Positions 63,079 to 64,000 of a stretch of 64,000 bases of DNA are shown piece by piece; within the stretch, counting starts at the first letter, position 1, and the number at the start of each line of letters is the position of its first letter. Source of the DNA: Firmicutes bacterium UBA5435. GTDB lineage: Bacteria > Bacillota > UBA5435. The notes beneath the pieces were generated by a model. The model searched no databases and had not been told where the DNA came from. It was given only the letters and a program-made list of their open reading frames with translations. The stretch spans positions 12,469 through 76,468 of the forward strand of contig DIRN01000069.1 in the NCBI GenBank assembly GCA_002426645.1, read 5' to 3'. Both the position numbers and the translations under genes were made by a program.

Positions 63079-63783
63079 ATGGAGCTATCATTTGAATACG
63101 GAAGGCAAACCATTAATTTTAATATTATATATAGGCGCAGAAGAACAATGGAAATCCGCGTTGAGCCACCAGGTAGAGTGAGTGTAATTGTACCTGAGGG
63201 CATACCAAAAGATATAATTATAGAGAAGGTAAGGGATAAAGCCTCCTGGATAGCGGAGAAACTCCTTTTCTATAAGGATATAAAGAAGCACTTTGTCAAT
63301 AGTGAGTCTTTTATGTACCTTGGGAGAGATTATCCCCTACAGATTCAAATTGAGCCACAATGCAAGAGACCAGAAGTTAAGTTAAAGCAAGGTAAGTTTT
63401 ATATTAGGACTCCATCAAATGATGAAGGTGTTATTAGAGATGCTATGGAGATATGGTATAGGGAGAGAGGGCTTAATAAGATTAAAGATAGAATAACATA
63501 TTATGGACCTAAATTTCCATGTAAGCCTAGAGCAGTTCGAGTAAAGGAGCAGAAGAGGCGATGGGCGAGTTGTACTGGCAACGACGCCCTCCTCTTTAAC
63601 TGGAGATGTATAATGGCTCCTTTGCCAATTGTAGATTATATTGTAGTGCATGAGATGTGTCATATGGTCCATAAAAACCATTCAAAGCAATTCTGGGATA
63701 TGGTGGCTTCTATACTACCAGATTACAAGGAGAGAAGAGAGTGGCTTAAGAAGAATGGAATTAGTATAGTAATGCAAATCTAA
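63079..63783 (+). CDS. YgjP-like M48/WLM-family zinc metallopeptidase (DUF45), typical companion of type I R-M operons
   Basis: HEMCHMVHKNHSKQFW HExxH motif. RBS AAGGTGG 6 nt upstream of ATG 63079; the track ORF starts at TTG 63055. Confidence 0.8.
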   Translation: MELSFEYGRQTINFNIIYRRRRTMEIRVEPPGRVSVIVPEGIPKDIIIEKVRDKASWIAEKLLFYKDIKKHFVNSESFMYLGRDYPLQIQIEPQCKRPEVKLKQGKFYIRTPSNDEGVIRDAMEIWYRERGLNKIKDRITYYGPKFPCKPRAVRVKEQKRRWASCTGNDALLFNWRCIMAPLPIVDYIVVHEMCHMVHKNHSKQFWDMVASILPDYKERREWLKKNGISIVMQI

Positions 63784-63850
63784 CGATAGGAATATTTATC
63801 ACTCCATTATGGCTAATCTATAAAGGATATAGATTGTAGGGTGATGATAA

Positions 63851-64000
63851 ATGAGAGATGGACTCAGAAGAGTACTAATATGGGAAGTCATTGGCGCTAT
63901 ATTCATTATAGTAGGAGGTTCACTCATACATTTTTTATATGAGTGGTCAAATCATTCTCAAATAGTTGCTATCTTTAGTCCGATAAATGAGAGCCTTTGG
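63851..64000 (+). CDS. Hypothetical membrane protein, 3'-truncated by window end (HFLYEW...PINESLW motif; possibly DUF6512-like)
   Basis: ATG 63851, frame open to the window end. Confidence 0.35.
   Translation, partial: MRDGLRRVLIWEVIGAIFIIVGGSLIHFLYEWSNHSQIVAIFSPINESLW

Overview
This is a 64-kb window from a low-GC (~40%) Firmicutes/Clostridia-type chromosome. The lineage call rests on PolC, spmAB, the mreBCD-mrdA-minCDE-rodA block, and the rpsB-tsf-pyrH-frr-uppS-cdsA-dxr-rseP-ispG-proS-polC order.

Layout from 5' to 3':
- 1-465: tail of mutS2.
- 1060-10455: a complete type I-B CRISPR-Cas locus, cas6-cas8b-cas7-cas5-cas3(HD+helicase)-cas4-cas1-cas2, with leader and an 8-repeat array. The repeat is GTTTATATTCTACCTATGAGGGTTTGAAAC and the distal repeat is degenerate.
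- 10456-11058: about 0.6 kb non-coding, containing what I read as a c-di-GMP-I (GEMM) riboswitch in front of a small coiled-coil ORF.
- Core block: rpsB-tsf-pyrH-frr-uppS-cdsA-(AI-2E permease)-dxr-rseP-ispG-proS-(GT2)-polC.
- apbE plus a membrane partner; DUF4321-maf-radC-mreBCD-mrdA-minCDE-rodA.
- A radical-SAM/DUF2344 pair next to rng.
- An accessory LacI / FAD-oxidoreductase / esterase(pseudo) insert with its operator.
- rplU-prp-rpmA.
- An intact membrane histidine kinase sitting in the spo0B syntenic slot.
- obg-proBA-nadD-yqeK-LCP-UPF0210.
- Convergent ldt-spmA-spmB.
- A frameshifted Eis-like GNAT, GH172/DUF2961, and an arsR-permease-Cys-peptide operon with a consensus promoter and operator.
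- A decayed type I R-M vestige (hsdM remnant plus YgjP-like peptidase) and a 3'-truncated membrane-protein ORF.

The most unusual observations are these:
- The PolC ORF is intact but lacks the whole 3'-5' exonuclease insertion.
- A GEMM riboswitch controls a tiny basic coiled-coil protein wedged between the CRISPR array and rpsB.
- A true sensor kinase occupies the spo0B position.
- Several loci show gene decay (esterase, GNAT, hsdM).

I did not recognise a clearly new multi-gene system beyond these. The CRISPR-Cas locus itself is canonical.
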